A DNA stretch of 64,000 bases, taken from IMG/VR virus record IMGVR_UViG_3300020477_001849, positions 11,651-75,650 of that record; one strand, given 5' to 3'. The notes beneath the pieces were generated by a model. That model was given only the letters and a program-made list of their open reading frames with translations, searched no databases and was not told where the DNA came from. This DNA comes from a virus. Made by a program: the position numbers and the translations under genes. This document shows positions 48,556 through 58,463 of this stretch, in pieces; the first letter of the stretch is position 1; each line of letters opens with the position of its first letter.

Positions 48556-50484
48556 TTAGCTGTCTCTCCATAAGTTATTACTAGCGAATGTCAAAACCTC
48601 TTCAGCAGAATCTTCAGTGTATCCATACTCATGAATCATTACTGATATCATGTCACCATATTTCTTTTGCTGTTCATCATCTCTTGTTTTTGACTTAGTA
48701 ACAATCCTCGCCATATCCTTGACAGAAGATATGAGATACGATTCAATCGCTTCCTTTAGGGGTTCATAGCTAGAGTAGTTAACTTTCTCGCCCCTTCTCA
48801 TCTTAGCAAACATGTATGCAGTAACATCACTTCGGAACCCATCCCTAGATGATCCTACAATTCCTATTTGCTCTTCTATAGTCCTCATGAAAGTCTCGTC
48901 AGGCTCCATCTCTTCTTTGGTTATTCTATCTTTCAGTTTTTGCCTTGTAGTTGCAGCTTCGGCATTGTCTAGGTAGTTATCAAATAACGATTGAGCCTGC
49001 TCTTCATAAGCAGTGATAAATGCTTTTGCAATTTCTGTTTCTAATATTTTTAGGTACTCTTCTCTTACAACCTTCTGTATAAGCTCAAGACAGTTATTAC
49101 GAAATTCTTCATCCACTATTTGCTCTTTGACCTGCCTAGTCAACGAGTCCATTACCGATATCGGTGTAATCATAGACTTATCACTATCCGATAGTGCACT
49201 ATCAAGTGCCTTCATTATAAACCTAGTAGAAATACCTGTCATTCCTTCTTTTCTAGATTCATCCCTCAGGTCTTTGATGTCTATCTTTTTAACCCTGCCT
49301 TTCTCTATAACATCATCGCCATTGTAAATTTTCATTTTAGTTAATAGGTCACATTTGCTTGAGGGCTTAAGTCTGGACATAACACTAAACATTGATGCAA
49401 TTTTTATAGTGTGAGGAGCGATGTGGTCGTTAAATTCAGATCTACCTAATTGCTTTTCATAGATTTTTATTTCTTGATCTAATTCTAAAACATATGGCAC
49501 GTTAATCTTAACAACACGATCAAGAATTGCTTCATTTGTATGCGACGACTGGAATCGATTCCACTCCGCTTCGTTACAATGTGCGACTATTACTCCATCG
49601 AAATAAATCATGTCATTCTTACCAGGAGAAGGTACTCTTTTTTCCTGAGTTGCAGTTATAACAGTGTGAAGAAATTCAATTTCATTCTTAAATATCTCGA
49701 CAAATTCTACTATCCCTCTATTTCCAACGTTAAATGCACCATTAAGGGAAAGGACCCGCGGGTCATCTTCAGGGTATTTATCAAGCTTCGAGATATCCTC
49801 AGAGCCTACTAGCACCGATACATCTTGGCTATTTGCATCCATCGGAGGTACGGATGCAACCCCACGCCTACCCCTCTGAGAAAAGGTAGACTGTGTTACT
49901 GGAAAGTTCTCGTATTCCCCACCAAGATCAGAAAAAAGCATATGCCTTGCTATAGGACTAATATCACCCTCTATTTTAACACCCAGCATTTTTTCAAATT
50001 TACCACGAAGGCTGCGAGGTAAAAGCTGTAAAGGTTCCCCACGCTGTGGGTCTCCGCTTAAGTGATAATACACATGTCCCTCTAGAACAGATTTTATATG
50101 CTCAGTAAGGGCTGATTTTCCAGCACCAACAGGTCCCATCAGCAATAGTACCTGGCGACTTTCCTCCCCCTTAAGGGCAGCCGACTTTAAGAATCTCATA
50201 ATTTTTGCAATTACTCTTTCCATTCCGAAAAAGTCTTCTTGGAAATATTCGTAAATTTTAATATTGCTGGAATCAAATAGTTTGTGGTGCCTAGGGTCAG
50301 ATGTGTCCATTGCACTAACACCATGATCCTCTATAGCATCACACAATCTTTTATGAGATAGTTTCACTACACCTGGATTTTTTGATACTAAATCTAGGTA
50401 ATCCAAAAAAGTCCCATCAAACTTTTCTTCTTTTTTAGAACTTCTTTGTTTTTCAATTAGCTTTCGAAAATTTGCCTTAGCCAT
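48556..50484 (-). CDS. prkA: PrkA/YeaG family AAA+ 'serine protein kinase'
   Basis: FFGME, Walker A LMGPVGAGKS, GNRGIVEFVEIFK, HCNEAEW, NEAILDR, HIAPH, EGMTGISTRF, YGY. 642 aa, full length. Confidence 0.93.
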   Translation of the reverse strand: MAKANFRKLIEKQRSSKKEEKFDGTFLDYLDLVSKNPGVVKLSHKRLCDAIEDHGVSAMDTSDPRHHKLFDSSNIKIYEYFQEDFFGMERVIAKIMRFLKSAALKGEESRQVLLLMGPVGAGKSALTEHIKSVLEGHVYYHLSGDPQRGEPLQLLPRSLRGKFEKMLGVKIEGDISPIARHMLFSDLGGEYENFPVTQSTFSQRGRRGVASVPPMDANSQDVSVLVGSEDISKLDKYPEDDPRVLSLNGAFNVGNRGIVEFVEIFKNEIEFLHTVITATQEKRVPSPGKNDMIYFDGVIVAHCNEAEWNRFQSSHTNEAILDRVVKINVPYVLELDQEIKIYEKQLGRSEFNDHIAPHTIKIASMFSVMSRLKPSSKCDLLTKMKIYNGDDVIEKGRVKKIDIKDLRDESRKEGMTGISTRFIMKALDSALSDSDKSMITPISVMDSLTRQVKEQIVDEEFRNNCLELIQKVVREEYLKILETEIAKAFITAYEEQAQSLFDNYLDNAEAATTRQKLKDRITKEEMEPDETFMRTIEEQIGIVGSSRDGFRSDVTAYMFAKMRRGEKVNYSSYEPLKEAIESYLISSVKDMARIVTKSKTRDDEQQKKYGDMISVMIHEYGYTEDSAEEVLTFASNNLWRDS

Positions 50485-50502
50485 TAAGCACCCCGAATAT
50501 AA

Positions 50503-51810
50503 TTAGATTTCCCATGGTTCTTCTTCAATAATAGTTATTAATTTTGCAAGATCACCCCACAATGTACTGACATGTAGTATAACCTCGTCTGCATATGTGA
50601 GCTCTAAATCTCTGCCATCGTGATCATGCCTCAAGCATAAAATATTGCCGTCCTCTATCTTATCTACATAAATCTTAGGTATGGAATTAATACCTACATT
50701 TTTTAACAACGACTCTTTTACTAGTTTCCATCCATCGTCATCTGATATTTCTGACACACTATACGTACCTTTCTGGTTTTTAAATGAAAACAGGTTTAAC
50801 TCTTCACAATCATCCCTTGTTAGGTATTGCCTAAGAAATGCTTCGTCATGTGAAACTTCTCTAGCCACAAAACACTCCTCAAGGCCGTGACGTTCCTCTA
50901 TTTTATTAAACAGATAAAATCCCAAATGATAAGGATTAATTCCTCCTATGTGAGGCCTAATAACTTGGTTGTGACTTTTTATAAATGGTAGGTGTAAATT
51001 TTGGGGCAGGTCAAGTTCATTCATCATCCTATAATGCCAAAAGCATGCCCAACCTTCATTCATAATTTTCGTTTGTATTTGTGGAATGAAATACCTAGCG
51101 TGATCTCTAACTATTTCCATTAGGTCAACCTGCCAATCTTCGAGATTTCTAGCATGTTCTAAAATGAACCCCAGCAAATCGCGGTCAGGTTCTAGTGGAA
51201 TTTTCTCAAGATCAAAATCTTCATACATTCCGGATGCATCATTTTTTACTAACGATGTATATTTTTTCTTTAGTTCCTTATGGGATTCTCTTTCATACGG
51301 AAAGCTAGGCACCTGAAATTCTATTGCATGGGCAGAATCCAATATTTGTTCTACCGCTGCAATTCCTATGCTGGGATCTTCTATGTACCCCTGTATCCTT
51401 TTTTTTGCATTTCTAAACCTAGAAACAACAGTCTCAGCACGTGTATTTTGAAACATTCGATTATTTTTAAAAAAGTCTGAATGCCCTACGCAGTGACACA
51501 TAATCAGTATTTGTAGATAGAGAGGGTTTTCTCTCATTAAGTACGATATCGAAGGGTCAGAGTTAATAATAAGCTCGTATGGAAGTCCCTCAGCTCCAGC
51601 ATTGTACATCTGGTGTGTTCTTTCAAAGCTTTTCCCAAATGACCAGTGAGAATAATGGCTAGGCATACCATGATAGGCCATATTACCAATCATCTCGAAA
51701 TAATCACATGTCTCATAAACAATAGGGTACCAGTCTAGGTCATGTGATTTTGCCAATTCACAAATTTTTTCATCCCATTCAGATAGGTCATCTAAATTCC
51801 AATCATTCAT
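50503..51810 (-). CDS. spoVR: SpoVR/YcgB family protein
   Basis: GMPSHYSHWSFGK, YELIINSDP, HCVGHSDFFKNN, YFIPQIQTKIMNEGWA, NPYHLG. Confidence 0.93.
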   Translation of the reverse strand: MNDWNLDDLSEWDEKICELAKSHDLDWYPIVYETCDYFEMIGNMAYHGMPSHYSHWSFGKSFERTHQMYNAGAEGLPYELIINSDPSISYLMRENPLYLQILIMCHCVGHSDFFKNNRMFQNTRAETVVSRFRNAKKRIQGYIEDPSIGIAAVEQILDSAHAIEFQVPSFPYERESHKELKKKYTSLVKNDASGMYEDFDLEKIPLEPDRDLLGFILEHARNLEDWQVDLMEIVRDHARYFIPQIQTKIMNEGWACFWHYRMMNELDLPQNLHLPFIKSHNQVIRPHIGGINPYHLGFYLFNKIEERHGLEECFVAREVSHDEAFLRQYLTRDDCEELNLFSFKNQKGTYSVSEISDDDGWKLVKESLLKNVGINSIPKIYVDKIEDGNILCLRHDHDGRDLELTYADEVILHVSTLWGDLAKLITIIEEEPWEI

Positions 51811-52978
51811 CTAATTTCCCCCCAAAGATCTTTCTAAATGATGGCCAGATGTCCTCTTTAGAGAATATCTTTACTATCTTAAAGTTCTTATCAACCAGGT
51901 TTGCAAATGCATTAGAAAGCCTAGAATCTCTATCTTCAAGCCATTGTACTCGATCACGCTCAGGTTCAATTTCGCAATAACAATAGAGCTGGCAGACATC
52001 CTTTAAGGCAACTGCTGCTTCATTGCAACTAGAAGTATCATCAGGCCAGTTATCACCATCTGAACACTGGAACGTATACACGTTCCATGACTCGGGATGA
52101 TATCTTTCATTAACTACTTCAAGTGCCCTCTTAAGTGCACTTGAGACTATAGTTCCACCCCCGCTTCCTCTAGTGAAAAATTGTTTCTCATTAACTTCAT
52201 AAGCGGATGTATCATGAGAGATAAATACAATGTCGACATTTTCATAGCGGTGGCGAATAAACTGGTATATTAGAAAATAAAAGCTTCTTGCTATGAATTT
52301 CTTATCCTTGGTCATCGATCCGGAGATATCCATTATAAAAAAGATTACGGCGTTACTAGATTCTTTATGCGTCTTTTTTATGTGCCTATACTCTAGATCG
52401 TTGTTGTGAAAAGTGAACCGATCTTCATCATACATCCCTTCACGCTTAGCACCAGCACGCCTTTTAAGCCGATTAATAGCTGTCTTTTTCTTGTCAAGCC
52501 TAGGACGTATTCCTTTTTTCCTATAACCACTTCTCTTAAATTTCTCAGAGGTTATTTTCTTAATCTTTTTTCTTTGTAGCTCTGGTAGTTCTAGGTCTCT
52601 AAACAGGTATTCAGCCAGTTCATCTAACGATATTTCAACCTCATAGTACTCAGCACCCTTCTCATTTCCAGCCTGCTTTCCCTCTCCGGGCTTTGGCTGT
52701 GATGGTGCCTGCCCTACCGTCTGTCCACGCTTTACGTTCTTACCTGGCGCAGATCCAGCCTTAGAGTTACTTTCATTATCGCCATATACAAAGCGGTATT
52801 CTTTAATACCTCGTACGGGTATCTTAATTCGCTTCTTTCCGTCTTCACCGATTATCGATTCTTCTGAGACAATATCATATATCCCTTCCCTAATCGCCCT
52901 TTCTATTTTTTGCTTATGGCGACGGCGATCAGATGCAGAACGATCAGCTGATGTTTTATGTTCTTTAAATGTAGACAT
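51803..52978 (-). CDS. yeaH: YeaH/YhbH (DUF444) vWA-domain protein
   Basis: DRRRH, DLELPEL, AVIFFIMDISGSM (MIDAS), FF..GSGGGT..SS, WNVY.FQCSDGDNW. Confidence 0.92.
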   Translation of the reverse strand: MSTFKEHKTSADRSASDRRRHKQKIERAIREGIYDIVSEESIIGEDGKKRIKIPVRGIKEYRFVYGDNESNSKAGSAPGKNVKRGQTVGQAPSQPKPGEGKQAGNEKGAEYYEVEISLDELAEYLFRDLELPELQRKKIKKITSEKFKRSGYRKKGIRPRLDKKKTAINRLKRRAGAKREGMYDEDRFTFHNNDLEYRHIKKTHKESSNAVIFFIMDISGSMTKDKKFIARSFYFLIYQFIRHRYENVDIVFISHDTSAYEVNEKQFFTRGSGGGTIVSSALKRALEVVNERYHPESWNVYTFQCSDGDNWPDDTSSCNEAAVALKDVCQLYCYCEIEPERDRVQWLEDRDSRLSNAFANLVDKNFKIVKIFSKEDIWPSFRKIFGGKLDE

Positions 52979-53018
52979 ATTACCTATAATTATGCGGCAA
53001 AGTGGCTACAAAGTTTAA

Positions 53019-53978
53019 CTAATTTTCAACCATACATCTCGCAGAGATTAGTGCCGGCCTCAGATAGTTCTTAATATCGGCCTCGATTTCATCCCATGTT
53101 AACCATTTTGCTGCATGATGTTCACACTCACCGGTTGCAGGATTCGGTCGAATAATGGGGTCTTGCTCAGTCACGCCGACGTATAGCGTAACATGGCTAA
53201 CCCTAAATGTCTTATAGCCCCATGGGAATTTGATGTCGGATAACCCTGCCTCTTCATACGTTTCTCTTATTGCTGCATCAAAGGTATTTTCACCTGGTTC
53301 TATATTTCCCTTAGGCAGGTCATATTTTTCATATATCCTTAGGCCCAAAACCCTGTACTCAAGCCCTACTTGCTTTAAAACAATAATTCCTGCAGAGGGG
53401 CATCTACTTTTTTTTTCCATAATAGTCTCCCTTATGAAATTGCGAAGATCTGTTACGTCGTTTTCTATGACACCCTCAGACACCAGTGTGTGGCTAAAGC
53501 CTACACCCGAGGCCTCGGCTGCATTTTTAATGGCATATACATTTTTTATGTTATCTTCATACACATGTACATGTGTATAATCTCCAGCCTCTAGTCTTTT
53601 CGCTACGTACAAGCCTTTGTCATTTGGATTAGATGATCCTAGTGCGACAATGGAGATATTACTACGTAGCCCATTATCTTTTAAGAATTTTCTAACGGGA
53701 GGTGCAGAGCTTCTTGCTGTTAAAATAACGACGTTGCTAGCACCATGTTCACCTATAGTTTGCTGTAACTTTTTAAAGGTGCTTGGTATTGTCCTCCCCC
53801 CAGGGGGGTAGATTTCAAATTCAGAGAAATCAAATTTATCATCTGCTAATGGCTCATATAAAGCAAATTCTCCGCTATCTAAGTAACTAGTAGTACCATC
53901 ACCATGATATACTGTGACCTGCGCATCTGAAATTGCTAGCGTATCATCAAAATCAAATATGTGCAATGTATCATTCAT
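53019..53978 (-). CDS. HAD-like phosphatase fused to a Nudix hydrolase (Ap4A-hydrolase-like)
   Basis: N-terminal IFDFDDTL, ILTAR, K, YEDN. C-terminal Nudix box PKGNIEPGENTFDAAIRETYEEAGL. Confidence 0.85.
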   Translation of the reverse strand: MNDTLHIFDFDDTLAISDAQVTVYHGDGTTSYLDSGEFALYEPLADDKFDFSEFEIYPPGGRTIPSTFKKLQQTIGEHGASNVVILTARSSAPPVRKFLKDNGLRSNISIVALGSSNPNDKGLYVAKRLEAGDYTHVHVYEDNIKNVYAIKNAAEASGVGFSHTLVSEGVIENDVTDLRNFIRETIMEKKSRCPSAGIIVLKQVGLEYRVLGLRIYEKYDLPKGNIEPGENTFDAAIRETYEEAGLSDIKFPWGYKTFRVSHVTLYVGVTEQDPIIRPNPATGECEHHAAKWLTWDEIEADIKNYLRPALISARCMVEN

Positions 53979-54042
53979 AACATAATATAACTATACTAAT
54001 CCCATTACATATATGAACATGCCGGGCCTAATTAACTTGATA

Positions 54043-55674
54043 CTACCGAATGCATTCCCGAAATCCCCGGGGAAATAACGGTTTATTCATCCTGTAGAAC
54101 CTGTCCCAGTCAGAGTCAAGTATGTAGGTAACTGCGTGATCTTCCTTACTTCTTACACTCCTGCCCACTGATTGCATAATTGTTTTCGCAGTGTTTAATG
54201 GATACCACCACTTCCACCTATTCATCTTTTTTCGTATCAGTTTATCACCCAAATATGGATAGGGAATTTTGCAAATAACCTGAAACCTGCTGGATTCATC
54301 CTTGAGATCAACACCTTCCGTCATAGAGGGTGATAGTAGTACTGTGGGCTTTTTAGATGCTTTATGCTTCTTAAGCATCTCTTCTCTATTATGGCTATTG
54401 TGAATTATAAATCTTCTAGTTCTGATATTGTTTTTTAGATATTTTGCAATCTTGAAAGTGTGACAATGGATAATACCCTTTTCCGTTGGGTGATTATCTA
54501 GTATTTTCTTTACGCCTTCTGCCATCCTAGGAAGAGTCGAGTCAATTTCTTTAGATGACATACTGCCCAATCCGCATACAACTATCGGGCGGTTTTTAAC
54601 TGGAAAAGGTGATGGAATAGAAATAAAAGATACATCATCCAGTCCTATGCCTAAAAGTTCGCACAGTGCCTTGTGGTCAAGGACTGTAGCCGACATCATT
54701 ATGACCTTCTTACCTAATTTGAATAACATTTCCTCGGAATACGGTGCAACGTCAATTGGTTTAAATTCTATTTTCCTACCGGATTTTCCGTCGGCTGGAA
54801 TTAAATTACATACCCAGTTATTGTTGTCATAAAGCTCCATGAACCTGCTTAACTTGCAGCCATGCTTATCTAAAAGGTCAAATTGTTTTGCAATGGAGGT
54901 AAATTCGTTTAGCTTTTCTTTGAGCCCAGCATATTTTTCCAACATTTTTTCAATGTGCTTAATATGTGAAAATAGCTTTGGAGAATAGACATTCTTAATC
55001 CAGTTAATTGCCTGTGGTTGGGTTGAAATATCAGGCATATCCAGCTTTAGTGCCTGTTTTGCAAACCTAGAAGTTACTACTATTTCAATAAATTTAGATA
55101 GCTCATTAGGTACATTATGAGCTTCATCTATTATAAGCGTTTGTCGGGGTGTAATTTTTCCTGCGTACGCAGTCTCTGCTAAGAAATATGGGAAGTTAGT
55201 CACACTCTCTTTGGATTTTAAAAATTCCTCTTTTGCCGCCTTATAATTGCAGTTAAAAACGCATGATTTGAAAAACCTAGAATCTTTATCTGCAGTTCTC
55301 AATGCCTGGGCACTTTCAGCACATGAGTTTTTCTTATAGAAACTGCACTGATAATTCGTAGAAGACTTAATGGATTTCATTATTCCACCGTGACGCCCAA
55401 AGTCTTTTACATATTGCTCTTGAAGAATTTTCTGCGTAGTTAGAAAATATGATCCTCCCTCGTATAAATCATCACCCTTGTTATGCGACTCTAAATATCT
55501 GGCAATCGTTAATCCAATTGCACTTTTTCCTACACCGGTACCGGCCTCTATTATAACAAACCTTTTGTTTTCATTGATAATAGAATTTAAAGTAAAGTCA
55601 ATTGCAGCATGCTGACAATCTCTTATCTTTTTATGCGGAAAATATTTTGACCAATGTTCACTAGTAATATGCAT
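54043..55674 (-). CDS. DinG/Rad3-like SF2 helicase
   Basis: EAGTGVGKS, Cys cluster, IIDEAH, MSAT, EGVDL, KIPYP, QSVGRSVRSKED. Confidence 0.9.
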   Translation of the reverse strand: MHITSEHWSKYFPHKKIRDCQHAAIDFTLNSIINENKRFVIIEAGTGVGKSAIGLTIARYLESHNKGDDLYEGGSYFLTTQKILQEQYVKDFGRHGGIMKSIKSSTNYQCSFYKKNSCAESAQALRTADKDSRFFKSCVFNCNYKAAKEEFLKSKESVTNFPYFLAETAYAGKITPRQTLIIDEAHNVPNELSKFIEIVVTSRFAKQALKLDMPDISTQPQAINWIKNVYSPKLFSHIKHIEKMLEKYAGLKEKLNEFTSIAKQFDLLDKHGCKLSRFMELYDNNNWVCNLIPADGKSGRKIEFKPIDVAPYSEEMLFKLGKKVIMMSATVLDHKALCELLGIGLDDVSFISIPSPFPVKNRPIVVCGLGSMSSKEIDSTLPRMAEGVKKILDNHPTEKGIIHCHTFKIAKYLKNNIRTRRFIIHNSHNREEMLKKHKASKKPTVLLSPSMTEGVDLKDESSRFQVICKIPYPYLGDKLIRKKMNRWKWWYPLNTAKTIMQSVGRSVRSKEDHAVTYILDSDWDRFYRMNKPLFPRGFRECIR

Positions 55675-55692
55675 TACAACATATCTCCAACT

Positions 55693-56106
55693 TCAACTAT
55701 TTTTTATCTTAATAACGTCGAACTCATGAGAATCCGATGTGTAAAAAACACGGCGAACACCTACGAATCTTAAAACATCCATGCACATTTCACAAGGTTT
55801 TGACATCTGGAAATTTCCTCTTTTCCCTACACGGACTACAAATACATTTGCACCCTGGGTTATTTCTTTAGGTATACCTAACACAGCACCAATCTCAGCA
55901 TGTACAGTTGCCCTACCACTATCCTTGCTTCGAAATCGGGCTCCAAATGAACAGAAGCTATCTTTATTAAAAGATGTCTTCAATACACGTCCACCCTTAA
56001 CAAGAATAGCACCATGGCTAATATTTCCGTATGTGGAATTACTAGCTGCGCGCCTTGCAAGTTCGAAATATCTTTGAATTCGCTTGCTGGAATCAGGAAT
56101 AACCAT
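55693..56106 (-). CDS. Cytidine/dCMP deaminase-fold protein
   Basis: HGA, HAE, SKPCEMC Zn-binding motifs. Confidence 0.85.
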   Translation of the reverse strand: MVIPDSSKRIQRYFELARRAASNSTYGNISHGAILVKGGRVLKTSFNKDSFCSFGARFRSKDSGRATVHAEIGAVLGIPKEITQGANVFVVRVGKRGNFQMSKPCEMCMDVLRFVGVRRVFYTSDSHEFDVIKIKNS

Positions 56107-56138
56107 GATGCCTTATTGCAGAACCGGTAGTAGGGTGA

Positions 56139-56360
56139 TTACCCGAATACCAGAATATAGGCTTTGTCCCAAAATCCCATGGACGGCAAGTCCTCAGAAT
56201 TCTTTTGAGCTCTACCCAAGCCGGTTTCAATTTCTTTATCAGTTAATAGGAGCGTATTAATGTCACCATGATTATCGATGTACGTTATGCCGTTATAAAA
56301 ATCACCGGCTACGCCTCTTTTTCCAGAATTTTTAACTGACTTTAACTTTCCGATATTCAT
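56139..56360 (-). CDS. Hypothetical protein
   Basis: 73 aa, GGAGG SD, downstream of a near-consensus promoter. Confidence 0.6.
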   Translation of the reverse strand: MNIGKLKSVKNSGKRGVAGDFYNGITYIDNHGDINTLLLTDKEIETGLGRAQKNSEDLPSMGFWDKAYILVFG

Positions 56361-56389
56361 TCTACAAGCCTCCCTATGGCATTTTTTAA

Positions 56390-56418
56390 ATTATAATCAA
56401 AACGCGTATCATTTACAA
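56390..56418 (-). promoter_or_regulatory. Putative sigma70 promoter TTGTAA-N17-TATAAT (equivalently TGTAAA-N16-TATAAT)
   Basis: Heads the 56360-deaminase-helicase run, in a divergent intergenic gap. Confidence 0.6.
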
Positions 56419-56473
56419 CGGAATGAAGAAAAAAAGACTTGCCTATTTAAATTTATGAGAGGTTAAAAATCTT

Positions 56474-57316
56474 ATGAAAAAACCCAAGCTTAAGCTTAAC
56501 AGTATCATCTGGATTGTCGTTATTTTTTCCGCCCTTTGTTTGAGTTATTCATGTTGCGCAACATCCCAATTGGGGTTGGTGTCTAGAGAAGACGCAACTC
56601 ATATTAATAGAAATGCATTTACGCTAGTAGAAGCATCTTATGAGTTAATAGCAACCGAATGCCTAGGAAATGAAAAGAAATGTAAAACAATGCCAAGAAA
56701 CATAAAAGTAAATTCGATGCAAGCACGCGGGTCAGGTGTTATTATAGAACATCGAAGAAATTCGACATACATCATGACTGCTGGTCATGTATGCGAGCAT
56801 TCATTTCCAGACACAGTAAATGTCGATGGCCTAAAGTATGCAACAAGATCCCATACTAGCATAAGGTTCTTTGACCTATACGGGTCGTCTCATGAAGGTA
56901 GGGTGCTATACTCTGACATGGAGGCTGACATATGTATCGTTGAGTCACCTGGTCAGTGGGGCTCAACAATTAGGATAGCTGATTCAATGCCACGGCATGG
57001 AGCTAGAGTATTTAATACGGCTGCACCGTTTGGCATTTATTCACCCAAGATGGTGCTAATCTTTGAGGGATTCTACTCAGGTGAAGACATGACAGGCAAC
57101 GTATTTTTTACGTTACCTTGCCGTCCCGGAAGCTCAGGATCTCCAGTCTATAACTCAGATGGTGAACTTATAAGCATTATTCACTCTGCATCTGTAATGT
57201 TTGAAAACCTAGGTCTAGGCTCTAGGTTAGAGATCATTAAGGAAGCAATCAAGGCTCATATACCACCTAAGCTAGAACCTATCGTACATTATATGTGGTA
57301 TAAAGAAGTTAACTAA
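56474..57316 (+). CDS. Trypsin-like (S1) serine protease with N-terminal signal/membrane anchor
   Basis: Basic then hydrophobic N-terminus ending in SCC, GSG, TAGHVC, D in ADIC, PGSSGSP. Confidence 0.88.
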   Translation: MKKPKLKLNSIIWIVVIFSALCLSYSCCATSQLGLVSREDATHINRNAFTLVEASYELIATECLGNEKKCKTMPRNIKVNSMQARGSGVIIEHRRNSTYIMTAGHVCEHSFPDTVNVDGLKYATRSHTSIRFFDLYGSSHEGRVLYSDMEADICIVESPGQWGSTIRIADSMPRHGARVFNTAAPFGIYSPKMVLIFEGFYSGEDMTGNVFFTLPCRPGSSGSPVYNSDGELISIIHSASVMFENLGLGSRLEIIKEAIKAHIPPKLEPIVHYMWYKEVN

Positions 57317-57588
57317 CGCATTTTCTTTGAGGCTTTAAGCCTTTCATGGTGATACTTGGTCGGCTTTTTAATGATCTCCATTATATTTGCTAACCGAAAC
57401 TGTCCACACATTTCGCATGCGAAACTGATATAGTCTTCACCATCGCTTGGACAATCAATGTGAAAGCTAGCTATAGCACCGTATCCAAGCTTACCGTCTG
57501 GGTACCTTTTTACGAATACCTTTTGACCGTATTTATACCCACCAAAGCTAGATATGTCTGGTACGTATTCCTTCTTTTTTCTAGGCAT
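57313..57588 (-). CDS. Hypothetical small beta-barrel (SH3-like) protein
   Basis: YGQKVFV...GYGAI pattern. Confidence 0.5.
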   Translation of the reverse strand: MPRKKKEYVPDISSFGGYKYGQKVFVKRYPDGKLGYGAIASFHIDCPSDGEDYISFACEMCGQFRLANIMEIIKKPTKYHHERLKASKKMR

Positions 57589-57589
57589 A

Positions 57590-57916
57590 TTAGTATTCTA
57601 TATCAGAAACTGCAGGTGTACCAGTGTCTATATTTTTTGACAACCTTTCCCTATTCGCTTTTTCGACATTCTGTCTTGCGAAATTCTGAGCATCTTCTTC
57701 GCTGGCAAATATCCTTAAGGGTGTTGATAGATTATCGTCAAATTCGACAGTAACTTGGGAATACCACTGCTGACCATTTCCCATAGGATATACATCAACG
57801 CTGATCCCAGGATAGTCCTCCCAAGAATAGGGATCATTATCAATAGTATGGTAATTCCTCCCTATTTCTTCCCTTAGTATTGTTCGAACTATTTTTCTAA
57901 GTGTACTTATTTTCAC
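57590..57916 (-). CDS. Hypothetical protein with an MKISxLRxIVRxILxEE leader
   Basis: GTG start overlapping the upstream stop. Leader shared with 60666-61097 and 62631-62990. Confidence 0.65.
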   Translation of the reverse strand: MKISTLRKIVRTILREEIGRNYHTIDNDPYSWEDYPGISVDVYPMGNGQQWYSQVTVEFDDNLSTPLRIFASEEDAQNFARQNVEKANRERLSKNIDTGTPAVSDIEY

Positions 57917-58113
57917 TGACCATCACCCCTGTTATAAATAGAAGTTAAGTCTTTAATCATACCACGAATTCGTGATGCACTTAATACATCACCCTTAGTT
58001 AGATATAGGCCAATGAGTGCCTCGAGGTATCTCTTTGCATTATGATATATCGTTTTCTTTAGGGCATCTTCGTGATCAACCGCAATCAACTTTTCATCTT
58101 TTTGATTATGCAT
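57913..58113 (-). CDS. Hypothetical protein
   Basis: 66 aa, GGGAG SD. Confidence 0.55.
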   Translation of the reverse strand: MHNQKDEKLIAVDHEDALKKTIYHNAKRYLEALIGLYLTKGDVLSASRIRGMIKDLTSIYNRGDGQ

Positions 58114-58179
58114 GTCACTTCTCCCTTTCTAAAATTTTAAATCAAATAATGTTTCCTCGATAGAACTGACTTGGGGGCA

Positions 58180-58440
58180 TCATGGTATTATTGCAACTTT
58201 CCATGTACCGTTTTTTGATTTTACCCAAGTCATCTTACGTGGTGTAGCATCGCTGGAACCTTTAAGAAATTCCGGCTTGAATAATGTGTATTGTAGGCTA
58301 TCTTTTGGGTTAACTACCGGATTCTCTAGCATCAAATGATTGTGGTGAATATCCGTGGATACCTTGTTGGTGCCTAGAGTTTTGCACCCTATCAACATAG
58401 TAACTATAATAGCCGTAATTAGTAACATTTTGCTTTTCAT
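58180..58440 (-). CDS. Putative lipoprotein
   Basis: MKSK, hydrophobic core, lipobox-like LIG-C. Confidence 0.6.
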   Translation of the reverse strand: MKSKMLLITAIIVTMLIGCKTLGTNKVSTDIHHNHLMLENPVVNPKDSLQYTLFKPEFLKGSSDATPRKMTWVKSKNGTWKVAIIP

Positions 58441-58463
58441 GAAAACCTCAACTCTACTAGTAC

